From Octopus vulgaris (Eukaryota): 64,000 nucleotides of DNA. The notes under the pieces were generated by a model, which was given only the letters and a program-made list of their open reading frames with translations, was not told the origin of the DNA and did not search any database. The stretch is from positions 39,060,001-39,124,000 of the forward strand of contig OX597815.1 of assembly GCA_951406725.2 (NCBI GenBank). Reading direction: 5' to 3'. Shown here piece by piece: positions 27,101 to 41,088 of this stretch. Numbering within the stretch: position 1 is the stretch's first letter; the number at the start of each line of letters is the position of its first letter. The position numbers and the translations under genes are program-made.

Positions 27101-29919
27101 CGTGAAACCAAAATATACAGAATTATCAGACGGTTATTGCTATATGAAATTTCTTTGGTATGTAGGTAGATGGAATTGATTCTGGGAGTGAAACATATTC
27201 ATTAGAACGCAAGGAGACTAGAGATGGTCTACAATTACGAGATTCAATAGCTTAAGAGCAGAAGCAGGGGTATTATCATGAAAAGAGGTAATATCAAATG
27301 TTTCAAGCAGAGCCCTTCACTGACCTACATTAAAATCCTGTTACATATCTAAGATGGTTTTGCCACTATACACACATGGCTATACCTCTAATTAGCAAAG
27401 ATTCATAATAACCACTAGCTCAAAGATTTACTGCTTCTCTACTGTCTTCAAAACCAGTTCTGCCTTTCAGAATTGCAAACAGTGTGCCGCCTAATGAACT
27501 TGCTTCCCTTCCTTTTGATATCATTACTCTCTAACCATGTACAACGAAACACCACACAGAACACCACCTTAAACATCTTAATCCATCTCCTCAGGTGGAT
27601 ACACCACCAGCCCAAGTTTTCAACACAAGCATTAATCTGCGAAACTTCAAACTTCTTCAAGAAATCTTTTTGTATACATAAAGGAGTGCCATAATGTATG
27701 GCAATGAAAAGTGAATAAGATTTGTTGAACTCGCTCAAGTAAACTTAATTGTATTTTCTTTTTTAATGTTCATTCAACAGTAGTCAACATCTGCACAAGA
27801 GAATGGTAGATAAAGTTGATGCTTATGTAAATGCTTTGTGTGAACACATAGGTAGGGTGAGGAGAAAGTTGAAAGATTAAGAAGACTGTTTAATGTAGAG
27901 TGTATGATGAAGAAAATGAGAGTAACAACGTTAGGAAGAAAATATATGTGTACCAGGTATTTAGTAGTGTAGCACAAACAACTTCGGAGAAGAGGCAACA
28001 AACTGATGGTAGGTGAGTGAAGTGGAGGCTATCATGACTTTAAAAAAATTTGCTTATCAAGAGAAATTTTCTTGTATGTGAAGTAAGTGAATCTGGATTC
28101 CACAATATTACAAAGAGACATCAAAATCTAAATGTCTACCATCTTCATTTAACATCCACTTTCCGTGCTGGCATAGATTTTATATATATATATGGCGTGA
28201 GTGCGATGATTTGAAAATTTTAGGTCAGATATTGCCGAGGCAGTGATCAAAGTGCCTCGTGTAAATATCTGCTCCGATCTGGCTGTTCTTACTGACGAAT
28301 CTATCGGCCTATGGAAGACTAGCTTGATTTAATTTAATCAGGTTGGTTTACCATTAAACAATAGATGAAACGGTGCATCGTATAAGAAACTACAGGGTAA
28401 ATGTTTTTTTAATTTTCTCCTGGTTTGCGGAATTAATATTGTTTTGCGGTTGAAGCTTTGGCTGTTATTTCTAGTGGGTGAATGGCCTATTATGGCCGTT
28501 CCTTGATTGTTGATATATATATATATGTATATAATTTACACATAATGGCACAGAGGAATGATTCTTCAGGAACTGAATAGAATAAGGAAATGAAATTTAT
28601 GTGATGTGTGCTCTTTAATATTAAGCTGCTTATAGGAAAGAAAAGAAAAAGAAATAAGCATTTAGTCTATACCAGAATCATCTGTTATTACCAAAGATAG
28701 TAAAAATGTAGAAGAGCAAAACAAGGTAAGATTTAAGGAAATTCAAAGTACTTTCTCAAATATTTAAAAAGTGGATTTGGGGAATCATTTTCTGAATTTA
28801 GAGTGAATTTTGTGTTTATTTTTAAACAACTTCATTGCACTACATCAGTGGGTCACAACCCCTTAGATTTATTTCGAAATAAAATTTTACCTATGAAAAG
28901 GATTAAAAAAAAAAAATACTGTTTTGTCAATTCAGATTGAGAAAATATAAAATACCATAATTTATATATAAATTTAACTACATCAATTTGATAAGACAAG
29001 CATTCAGACATGGTAATATATGGAGATTTTAATTATAAGTAGTGGTGGGGGAGATAATGTACTCTCTGCAAGGTAGTGAATATTCTATTTTAGTGCCACC
29101 TAGCACCAGAGCAGGTAAGAAAAGAAAGAAATTAAAAAAAGAGGAAGATTTGGTGGATTGTCAAATGCTAATTTGAAAGATTAACAGTTTGTGATAATGA
29201 AACTGAGACCACTTCTAAAAAGAAAAGAAAGAAAAAGCGAAATTATAGATTCATTATGAGAAATTGCTTTGATGTCAAATACTATCTCTATAATGAGATT
29301 GTAATAATTACAATTACAATAATGAGCGAGTAAATTATGTGTTAGAGAAATATCTAAAGCAGTTTCAAAACGTATTTAGCATGGAGACAAACTTGTACCG
29401 AAAGCAAGTTTTTCTCACATTTATGTCTATTTTGCAATCAACTGAAATTTCTTTCAGCCTGTCTCTAAAGTCAAAAAGTCAGTGTTAGTGAATTCAGCCT
29501 GTCTTCCACTAAATGGAATTGGTCAAGAAAGAAATCCAACTGTTAAATTTTGGCTCCAACACTCAGACATATATAACCTACACAACTATCATAACACATG
29601 CCAGCATGAAGAAATGGCTACACCTGTAGTCTCTAAGATTATGTGAAGGATTCAAGATATGCTAATGCAAAACATAGATAACCAAACAGCAACACAATCA
29701 AATATGTGTATGCATGTGTAGACAAATATAGGTGAATAGTATTAATGTTTTTCGTGTCATTTAGCATTAACAAACTAAAAAAATATTAGAAAAATAAAAC
29801 TGATTCTTCTTAGTGTATTAAATAACTGAACAAAAACAGAATTTCAACAATGTCAATAAAGGTTAACATGAAATTAGAATACAACAATCTATAGTCTATA
29901 TTTTTGAGATGAGGAATTA

Positions 29920-30385
29920 TGTACATTATTTACAATGGACAGATAGGTGTCCTAACCTTGTCTGTTGTTATCACAACATTTTGGCTGATGTACTCTCCAG
30001 CCTTCATCAGGTGTTCTGGTGGAATTTCAAACCCAACCCTTTATTTGACTAATGGGGTACTCTGTTATCGTTCCTAAGGTTTCTGTTTTTGCTGATATTA
30101 TTTTTTTCTGTATATATTATTTCCCAAGTCCCTGCCTGGGATTGAATTCAGAATTTGAGGGTTAGTAGCCCATGCTATGCTTCAATCCCAGGCAGGGACT
30201 TGAGAAATAACATCAGCAAAATAGAATACTTTAGGAATGAGAACAGAGTACTCCATTAGTCAAATAACGGGCTGGGTTTGAAATTCCACCAGAACACCTG
30301 ATGAAGACTAGAAAGTACATCAACTAAAATGTGGCAACAACAAACAAGGTGAGGACACCTATCCATCCATTGTAAATAATGTACA
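29920..30385. mobile_element. Long palindromic Penelope-like terminal-repeat element with degenerate hammerhead cores
   Basis: Arms 29920-30146 and 30181-30385 are imperfect reverse complements around a 34-nt spacer; each arm carries CTGATGA followed by a stem-II-like segment. Confidence 0.75.
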
Positions 30386-33300
30386 ACAATATATATTTAA
30401 AATTCTAAATTTTAAATAATTGGAGACATAACAAATCTGTATAATGCAAAATTTCTTGATCTGGTTGTTTGGCATATAAGTCCTTCTTTCAGATGGCATA
30501 TACTTGGAAAAGGTGACTTATGATAGTTTAAAGTAATTAGAAACTTGGGTTACAGGATTTAAAAAATGAAGTAGTTTTGGCAATCATGTCTTCCCCAAAA
30601 GAGCAAAACAATCCATATGGAAACAATTCACATGGAAATGACAGGTTTGATTTCTAAAGATTTTTATTATCATATGATGATGTTAATAAAACTAATGAGT
30701 AAAGTTCTAAAAATAAGAAATTATTCATATATTCCTCATCTACTTCTAAATATAAATAAATTACAAATGCTAAAGCACCATATATTTGTGCATTTACTTT
30801 TCAGTCCTTAATTATTTCTGACCCACAATTCATAGAAAACAAGAATGAAAGTTTATCATCATCATTATTATTATTATTAGTATTATTAATATCCAACATC
30901 ATAGAGTCAGTCTGAGCCAATGAGGAAACATTCCCTCTCAGATGCCAAGTCAATATCTATCTTAATTTCTTGTATTCATATACAAACCTAGAGCTAGGTA
31001 ATATCACATTTAGATTCCTTCTTTAAAGAGAATACCTAACCAAAAATATCATGTATATTACGTAATTGAAATAAAAATCTGTAAAACTGTACAAGGGCAA
31101 CTGAAGAAAAGAGAGACTATGAAATAATCACAGAAACCCTTTTAACTATAAAAGGGAAAATAATCATTCAATTGATCAAAGATCCACCAACAAAATATTT
31201 ATAAAAGAAAATGCTAACTTGGAGAGTAATATAAATTCCTATTAAATATATATATATATCTTAACACATACACACACACAAACACACGAAACCCACACGT
31301 TTTAAAACTGTTAAACAATGCTTAAGTGTATAAGTTTCTTTTTGAACAAAGATACATATTCAACAGAGAAATCTAATCAACTCTTACGTCAATGTTTTGC
31401 AGAGTTAAATTTAAATTCTTATGTAATTATTCTCTGGTATCAGTTTACACAAGTTTATATATAAACAGCATTCTAAGAAACAGCTGAATATAGGGTATTA
31501 ATCTGAAGCATCTGAAATAAGGATAATAGTCCAATGATAAATAACCTTCGTGTGTCTAACTCATTCTTTAAATCCAGAAAGCTTTACGACATGTTTTAAA
31601 ATTAAATAAGGAAAACAAAAATTTTATATGAAAGTTAAAGCAATTACTTTTTTTTTACAACAGAATTCTTCATAAATCCTATTACATACAGTAAAGATGG
31701 TACAGACAACTGACTAATTCAATACAATAAACTATTACTTACCAGTATTATACAATGTCGCTTAGCTCTCAAATTCATAACCAGAGCCAGCAAAGAAATT
31801 TGCAAGAAATAGTAACCAAATGACACTCCATCATAAATGAAAAAACGCATCAGGCAATGTACTCTCAGGTATACTACGTCTCAGGAAGACAGGGAAGCAA
31901 GATAATATTAGCTAGGAGACCTTTTATCATAGGCATTCAAAAGCTAATCAAGACGAGAGTTAAACAACAACCAAATCATAAGAACATTATACAATAACTG
32001 CCGTGGTTTAATCATTTCCTCCAAAATTTTTCCACAAGACAGAAATCAGATAGGTTTTATATAGCCACAACACAAGAATACTTTCATGACTAACAACATA
32101 AGGATGAACCAATATAGATAAATGGCAGACTGAACTATTTTTCTTAAAAAACAGTCTAGTACATGTTTATATTGAGACTTAACTAAAACAACTCAGACAA
32201 ACTAGAAATAAATTTTGAAATTGGTGAATATGTCTTGAATATAAACAACCTGCATATTAATATATTTTAAACCAATGAGAAAGAAGAACAAATTACTACA
32301 TTAAGATTAGTGCATATCATTTAAGCTAGCTTTACCAAAAGATTTTATTTGCCCAAATGCTTTATGAATTTCAAAATGATTTTGGTTTCTCCATATGATT
32401 TAATAGTCTGCTCCATTACTTCTAGTTTACATTTTTACTTGCCAAGATGATTGAATTTGACTACTGAAAACAGAACAACTTAAACCCCACCCCACCCATG
32501 CAATAAGATGGAAATATTAAAGTATTGGAATATAAGTCAAGGACCATGGACTGAAGTTCTATCAGAGAGTACCAAGAATAATGACAAAGCAGAATTTCAG
32601 AGATGCCACAGCTAAATATTTCCTGTGATTTGATATTTTATGTGGTTGCACTCAACAAACAAGTTAGCAAATGCCACTGGATCACTGGCAAAGTTACTAA
32701 GATTAATATTGAATAAAATTCTGTCGACTAATGTGAAAGGTAACTTATTCTATAATCATACAGATAGTGAAATAGGCGCAATGGTTGATTAAATACATAA
32801 TCTACACCGACTACCTCCTCAAGAATTTGCATGATGCTATTAAGAGTTTTATCTTGATCGAAGGATTTAGCTCAAATACCATTTATTTGAAGAGAGCAAT
32901 AAGGACAATGTCAGTGTATCAACATTAGGAAAATTACTTCAGTGATTAATTGAAATCTAGAATTACAGAACAAAATGTAAAATACAATAAAGAGAGAGAG
33001 GGGGAGATAGAGAATGTGTGCATGTGTGTTTGTTTCAATATGAAATATGATTTGTGGATGACAGCAGATCAAGCGCTATGGGCAATTGGCAACACTAAAG
33101 AATTATGAGCAATGGTAGCTTCTCTGAAAAGAGGAGAATACTTCCATAAATATGAAAAAAATAGGTAGCACTCCAATCCAATAAGCCTGAGGGAAGAGTC
33201 CTACACTGAACTAATTCCGTTTTTAAATCTCCTGGAAAATGTTAGTTTGGTTTCTTGAACATGAGTAAAAGAAAAGAGAAAAAAAAAAATGAAAAATGCA

Positions 33301-34492
33301 AATTCTCTAACACTGGATTACATTCAACATGTTGAAGTCAATGTTATGTGATATAAATCTAATATACTAAAAGCATTAATTTTGATGAATCATTTGCTGA
33401 AAGGATAAAGCTTCATTTTCATTGCTTGCTAATGTATTCAATGTACACAAAGACGAAAATTTTCAATAAAGTGACGGAAACAATTCAGAAATAGATGAAA
33501 TTTGCACTATACATTAAGAAATAAACAAGAAAGATTGACTTGAAAGAAAAAAAGAAAATTTTAAAAATTGAAAAGAAAATATTAGAAAATTCTTAAAATA
33601 CAAAGTGACCTGAAAGGACAATAATAGTTATTCTAAATGTTTTGGTCTCAAATTATATGATGATGATGATGATGATTTCCAATAAGGAGTCCAATCCACA
33701 AATTCTGAGGTTGAGGGTGTGACTGATTAAATAAGCTACCATATTTGATGACATGAAAGACACACAGGCACATTAGATACACCCCAATTTTAGAAATGCA
33801 TATTCATGAAAAAAGCTTAGTGCATCAAAGCGTGTAATATTAGCTTATAGAAGGCCCAACTTCCTACATAGGGCCTTGGGTGATTATTTTTGAGACTTTC
33901 TTTTAGTATGTGTTGTGGTGGGGATAAGTACATCTTATGTTCACTGTTGTTTTGATTAAGCTCCACATGAATAAAAGGAAAAACCATCTAAGCTTTGAAT
34001 ACAAAGAACAAGGCTGGACATTAATGTTGTTCCTTCTTCCGAAAGATTGCCATTATTACTGTATACTGACAAATCACTTATTAGCATATATTACAGTATA
34101 GAAATGATTACAAGTTTGTCAGGGAAGTGTATATAACTGATAATTTCTGGCTAAAGTGTACTGGAAAGGAAAGTCAGTTTTGGTTGGATTTCATCTTGAA
34201 AGAAAAGGTCACTAAACGTTATGAGGAATTTAATACATCACAACTGTTTTGCCATCATCTTGGAGACAAAAAGAATTCTTCAACTGGCCATTTCACAGCC
34301 TTCTTAACGCAATAATTAATTTCAGCGTATAATAAATTGTTTACATGTCCATATTGATATGCACGCTGCACATTATGCAATTGTATATTCACAAACCATT
34401 GCAGATGAAGAAAGCTAGCTCATCAGATCAATGGAATATCAAATTGTGAGTGTATGTGTGTGTCTGTGAATGGATAGACAGATAACATAGTG

Positions 34493-34790
34493 AGGATGCA
34501 TGGCCTAATGGTAAGGGCGCTGTACTCACAATCGTGAGATTGTGGTTTCATTTTCTGGACTGGGTAGTGCATTGTGTTCTTGAGCAAAACACTATATCTC
34601 ATATTGCTCAGCAATCACTGTGAAACCTGACATGTGGTGCAATGTGCACCTGTTCAGGTAACGTTAATTTGAGAGGAGTGAGTGAGCTAATGTACAGCAC
34701 ATACATTTCATTAATATAAAGAAATTATTTGAGAAGGTCATTTAACAAAAACTGAATATTCATACAATGTATTTGACAGAAGTATCCCTC
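34493..34790 (+). mobile_element. Decayed tRNA-derived SINE (third family)
   Basis: A-box-like TGGCCTAATGG, tRNA-like head, then ttgtgttcttgagcaaaacact; a related motif occurs inverted at ~22990-23180. Confidence 0.55.
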
Positions 34791-37700
34791 ACATATAACA
34801 GGGTTTCTCAGTCTGGTACAAAGCCACAAATTTTGTGATACATGTGTGTTTACTTAATAAAGCTTAGCACTTGACTGGTATACTAACAATCCAAATGAGG
34901 AATCTCAAATAGTCCCTTAACCTGCTCCAAATAGCCTAATTTAATTCACATCAGCCCCCATCAGCTCTGAGAGAGAGAGAGAAAGAGAGACCATAGATTC
35001 AGTCTGAAAGATCAAAAATGGGATGGTTATGGTTGGAACGTCTGATCAGTAAAAATAAACCAGAACTTTAAAAAAAAAACTGAATTCTTGGCTTTTACTG
35101 AGTCCAGTTAGCTGAAAGTCAACCCCAGCAGGATTTTAACTCAAAATAACAAAAGCATTACAAGGAATTTTGTCAAGTTTTCCAAAATATCTATGACTCA
35201 AGAAAAAAATTTCTATCAAAAGTATACATTATGTTTAAAATTATATAGTTACAATCTATGGCAATATGGAGAAACAACCTTATTTTCCCCTCAGGTCAAA
35301 AGTAACAAAAACTGGATCGTAACATAAATTTATACCATTACTTAAAAGTGATATGTACAAAAAACTGTTTCATAAACTAGATATAAAATAGATAATTAAA
35401 CAAAAAAAATTTAAGTGGGGGTGGGTGGGGTTTCACTTTTGAGTAATGGCTAAAATGATGCTACACTACTGTGTTGAAGAAGTAACACAACAAAAAGACT
35501 GAAAGAAAGTATTTCATGATTGAATATATTTGGTTCTTGGTAAATTAACAGCATACAATTGATTTGCCACAATATTAGTACCACTTGCTGGTTTCATGTT
35601 CTTGCCCTAATGACATATGGCAAGTCTTTTATACGACTAAATTTTTACTAATTACCAGTTACTGAAAGGAGACAAACAACTGAATTGCAGAAAATGCATG
35701 CATAAAAGCTAGCAGAATCAAAAATAGTCCAACATATGGAACAGAAGGAAAATATCTGGTTCATTCCCTGCTGTTACTGACAATTAAAATATTTCATCTG
35801 TTTACTAACATGCTAACTATCAGATGTTACATTACATACTAATAGCATATAATAGAGTTGCAGGTTTCATGGCAATCAAGCAAGCTTTCAGGTGTTTCTT
35901 AGCAATACACCTATATATTATACAAGCCTAGCACACTTATGGTTCCCTCAAACTGAACAGATGACTTAAGGAGAAATAGTCTAAATCTTCCAATTTTTAT
36001 TGATGGGAAAATCAAATTGTGTCTTCTCCAAAAGCAAATTCAGTATTAGAAAAAAAAGACTGTAAAAATGTGAAGTGAGTTTTTAATTGTTGATTTCAGA
36101 AGGAATTATGCACTGCTGACGTATCTTTTTTTTTTATACAACACAGTTATTGCAATCTCAATGCTTGAGCAATTATAAAGTTAGTATTGGAAAAGTGAAA
36201 ATAAAATGATGAAGATATAGAATGATTAAGTAGGATAATCCATACAAATATATCTTAAAACTGTGTATAATAGCAGCTGATATTTTCAAAGTGGCCAATA
36301 ACATGAACAGGTAAATTACCAGTTGAATTAACAATGCAACTTTAATTTCATCATGAATAACACCCAACATAGATTTGAAAGAAAAAAAAAATTATGCAAT
36401 TAGAGCTCTCCAGAAACTAAGATGCTTTAACAATTTTAAAAATTGGGAAGCTGCATTAAAAATTTGAATTAAAATCTAGATTAAAATGTATTTATTTACA
36501 CATGGTAGCAGGTGAAACATTATAAAAAGAATTAATTTAAGTAATACTTTATACATTGTCCAAGGAAAGCTAATATATAAAATAAATAAATCTTTTCTTT
36601 TCTCTTTTTTTTTTTTGATGAACATATACAAAGTATCATTAACATTAATCTAGAAATGTTTTATTAATAATCAGGTATCATTTGTAATTTTCAAAACTGA
36701 AAAATTTTTCTTACTGAGATGTTTATCACTTGATGCACTATAAAATGCAGTGCCTAAAGCCTTCTGATGATATTTATTTAAGATTTAATAAAAAATCTGC
36801 CAAATTTGAAAGCAATTATTTTGAAGAGTGCCAGCAAGAAGTACAAATATTGGTGATGACTAGCAAAAAGTAAATCGCAGTGTGGAACTTATGAGTAATT
36901 AGTGGGAGAAGAAATTGAGGATAAATGAAATGAGATGACACAGCAGTAGAATTAGTAAGGGGTATACTATGGATAGATTGTGAATAAATGAGGAATCACA
37001 AGAAAACTTGGAAGGAGGCTCAGTTAGCCTGCAGGAGGTATCCTGTAAAAGAGAAAAAGTTTTAGTTAATGTTAATGGGTAGATACCATGAGAGAAATAA
37101 AATGAGTGTGAGGAAGGGGATTACAAGGAGGGTAGTAGTCACAATTAGAAAAGGAGGAAGATAGAAAACATGTGGAGGAGCAGTGTTGCAAATAACCTGC
37201 AAGGAAAGAGAAAAAAAAATGCCAAAATATATATATATTAAAAGAAATCAATGGGATACAAGGAGCTTCAGGATCATCAAAATTTGGTTAGAAGAGATGT
37301 CCATTTGTCAATAGCATTAAACACAAACACATACCAAAAAAAAAGAAGGAAAAAAATCAAAAAATACAATAAGAGTTGGACACACTAACTGAACCCTGGA
37401 AAACTTACCATTTTAACATTTTAGATTAAAACTCTAAAAATCCTTGTAAGATTGATTAACTGTAAACATAATATAACTCCCTTACAAAAATAAAAGATGA
37501 ATAACAGGAGTAAAAAATTTCCTTTGTAATATACCTTGCCTTATGGTACAAATTTTATCTCGAATCAAATGTTAATTTTTCTCATAATTGGACAGGAGCA
37601 ACACATTTGTAAAAATAAAATCAGAAGATAGTCTATATGATATGTTACTGCATGTAGAAATTATACAGCAGTTGTTGATATAACCTAAACTAAATTATTC

Positions 37701-38119
37701 AGCCTGTTGTGAAAACCATTTACTACAACCTTTGTAAATCAAACCAGTAAATTGTGTTACCAAGAATTTGTAATTATTCTAGGAGTGGACTGACCGGAAC
37801 AACAGACTTAGTTATTTCATTACAAAAGAAAAACCAGATTCACCTTTTAGTATTTTCTCTATTAACTAATGTTTCATGTTAAATTTATTGTATCACAATA
37901 CTAAAACATACTGAAGTGAATAATGGCTAAGCAACGTAGATGTTAGATTAACCATAATGGTTTCTAACACAAATCATTATCAAAGTCCACTGAAATTGTA
38001 CAGGGAGCTTGCAAATTACATCTACATAAAAATATACTGATAACAGGTAAGCTAATTTGCATATAACTGTTTGAAAGTCAGCAAGAATGAAATAATAATA
38101 AGTATATTTTTATGTTTAA

Positions 38120-38448
38120 CCCTTTAGCATTCAGATTATTCAAATGTAATGCTTATTTATTTACATTGTTTTTGAATGAATGCATTATCTTGTAATGTTG
38201 ATATTTCAATGATGTTTTTTTATATTATTATTTTACTTGCTTCAGTCATTTATTATTATTTTACTTGCTTCAGTCATGTAACCATGTTGGAGCACTGCCT
38301 TTAGATGAACAAATTGGCCCCAGGACTTATTCTTTGTAAGCCTAGTACTTATTGTAGCAATCTCTGATGTCAAAGCACTAAGTTACAGGGACGTAAACAC
38401 ACCAACATCGGTTGCCAAGCAATGGTGGTGGTGGTGGGGGGGGTACAG

Positions 38449-38501
<53 letters not shown>

Positions 38502-38781
38502 AGCTTCTTTCAGTTTTCATCTACCAAATCCACTCACAAGGCTTTGGTCAGCCCGAGGCTATAGTAGAAGACACTTTCCCAAGGTGCCACACAGTGGGAC
38601 TGAACCCAGAACCATGTGATTGGAAAGCAAGCTTCTTACCACACAGGCATGCCTGTGCCTATATGTGGTTATTTATTTTTAGAATGACATTGTAGGATAA
38701 GTGTGAGAGGCCAGATCTAGTTGGTTTGAACATAAAACATTAGTATTTGGACCAGATACAGTCAGTTTAACTGCTTAAAGG
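38120..38781. mobile_element. piggyBac-type MITE interrupted by a family A SINE (~38230-38661, minus strand)
   Basis: ttaa|ccctttagcattcagatt ... cttaaagg|ttaa; the two halves align to the 18241 MITE on either side of the SINE. Confidence 0.8.
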
Positions 38782-38887
38782 TTAAAACGAATATGGTTAA
38801 TAACTAGGAACCAAGTTATTTTAATGTCCCTCATTTGGCTGAGAACCTGGATTATATACTCAAAACTTGTTCTCAAACAATATTATA

Positions 38888-39410
38888 TTGGGTTGTCTGG
38901 GAAGTTCGAGCCGATTTTTAAAGGCAAGAACCAAATATGAACCACTTTGTTGCATGTGTCTCCATCTTTCTTTTAACCTGAAAATATCCTCTTCCCAGAA
39001 TTGAGGTGGTTTTATGGCAAAGAATTCATCAAGGTATCTTTTTACATCATCCAACGAATTAAAATTTTTACCATAAAGACTATTCTGCAGAGACCTGAAT
39101 AAGTGGAAATCCGAAGAAGCAATGTTGGTGAATATGGAGGGTGGGGTAACATCCCAGCCAAGCTGCAGCAATTTTTGTCTTATTTCCAAAGCATCAAGTG
39201 CCGAAAATGAACTTTCTTATCTTCCATATTAAAGGGTTACAGAATTAACACAAGTTATAGGAACATAAATCTTCTTCCACGAAAAAGATGGCTTAAACTG
39301 TACTCTAAATGGAGGTGTAGTCAAATCCTATTTTATGGACTCAACCATGTTCTAAAATAAGTCGAAATGTAAACTACTATAAATCGGCACACACTTTCTG
39401 GACAACCCAA
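38888..39410 (-). mobile_element. Internally deleted mariner with both TIRs and TA duplication
   Basis: ta|ttgggttgtctgggaagt...gccgattt and aaatcggc...actttctggacaacccaa|ta; ORF IRQKLLQLGWDV...SSDFHLFRSLQNSL...LKERW is a mariner C-terminus. Confidence 0.9.
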
Positions 39411-39498
39411 TACTTTAAAAAAAAAAAAAAAACTTTAGTACACTGAATTTTAAAACTGATATAAACAGCTTTTCCATATCAACATTGTGGTCAACAGT

Positions 39499-39770
39499 CC
39501 ACTTGAGAATGTGGGAATAAATTTAAATGCCAATAAACTAACAAACATTTCCATTTAAATTATTTAAGTTCGCAATACTTCTTTTCTGAGAGAGCACTGA
39601 AATATCATGACTTTCATAACAAGAAATATGACATGCTTACCACTTCAGAATATGGAAATGAATTTAAATGCCAATAAATTAACATTTCCATTTAATTTTA
39701 AGTTCTCAATACTTCTTTTCTGAGACAAATATTATGACTTCCATAACATGAAGCAAGCATGATATGTCTA
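39499..39770. repeat. Diverged tandem duplication, ~141-bp unit x2
   Basis: ccactt-agaat...atttaaatgccaataaa...caatacttcttttctgaga occurs from 39499 and again from 39640. Confidence 0.8.
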
Positions 39771-39888
39771 TCACATGTTGCTAATGAAGATATTAAAAAT
39801 TAGCCTGTCACTCCTTTCCTGCTACAAACATCATCAAGTTTTTCACAGTCAATTTTTGTCTGATTATTCCCTATGAATAAATGATTAA

Positions 39889-40112
39889 CCTTTTTAATAC
39901 CAACCTACCAAAGGCTGCCTGCCCATCACTGTATGATACAAACTTTCTGTTTCAAAGTGATCAAAGTAAAACCCTTCCATCCAAATTTCATGCTAATTTA
40001 TGTTTCAAACACCAGTTTAATAATGACTAATAAGTTATTTTGCCAAATTTTTCATTGTTTTCAAAATTAAATACAACAAAGTGTTATTATAACAAATATG
40101 GTAGCAAAAGGA
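39889..40112. mobile_element. piggyBac-type MITE (family of 17110-17330)
   Basis: TTAA on both sides; body is a diverged reverse complement of the 17110 element. Confidence 0.65.
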
Positions 40113-41088
40113 TTAAATCAATTTAAATCCAGTTGTGAGTCTGCCAAACTCAAATGATAATTAATCTGAAGGAAAATACAGAATAGTCTCATTCAATATC
40201 AATTCATGATTTTCATTCACCTGGCAGTTTGGCAAGAATAACCTGTCTATTGTTTAACATTTGACTATGGTCAGTAAAATGTTAAACACCTGTATTGCTC
40301 CATGAATTTGATCAGTCCTATAAATAGGCCTATAAATAATCTTGTTGCAGGTGTTTTATGTCAGTTTAGTTTTACATGGTATATTTCAACAGATCATATA
40401 TATATAAGATTGATATGTCTAGAGCTAATAAGCTGCTGAAGATGAACTTGAAAAGAAATCTGAATATGCTGAGTAAAATTGTAGTTCACAACTGGAAATT
40501 GTTGCAAAGCATTTGACTAGCTACCATCATGGGCTTAATTGAACGAAACAGATCTACAGCAAAATGTAATGGATTAGGTAAGGTCTGGTAACTTCCTAAT
40601 TCTAGAAGTGCCTGAACACATTTCACCTACTTCCTGAATTTATTTTCGCTGCACTGAAACTTATCTTTTACACACACATGTGGTTCAAATTTGTTATATA
40701 TTTACTTACAGAGCTATCACTTTCAAAGTTATAACTTATTTCTTTCAAATGCTTATATAATATAGTTAAAAATACTTTATTATTTATTTAGTAATTACTT
40801 TATATCATAATTTATGTATAAATTGAGCTTTATAATTTATGAGTAAATTATATAACCATACTGTACCTCAGTATTCTAATTTCAAATGTCAGTGGCAACT
40901 TTATTTCATCCCTTTATGGACAGACAATGATAGAGTAGCTATTTACTAGAGTAATTTGTCCTTTTGCAATTTTCTATTCAGTTTTATATTTTACTTTAAA
41001 TCATTTTGATGTGTTAGTAAAGCAGGAAACAACCTTGCCCGATATGATCTCTGACATGGGTATAAAATGCAAGATTATAATGGTTTAA

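Noticed and set aside
27448-27738. Overlapping 96-aa (-) and 73-aa (+) ORFs in unique sequence
   Set aside because: No recognisable domain and no splice sites compatible with the gene model.
33050-33145. Strong minus-strand acceptor (tattctcctcttttcag) in the long intron
   Set aside because: Phase-0 frame stops after six codons and no nearby donor was found.
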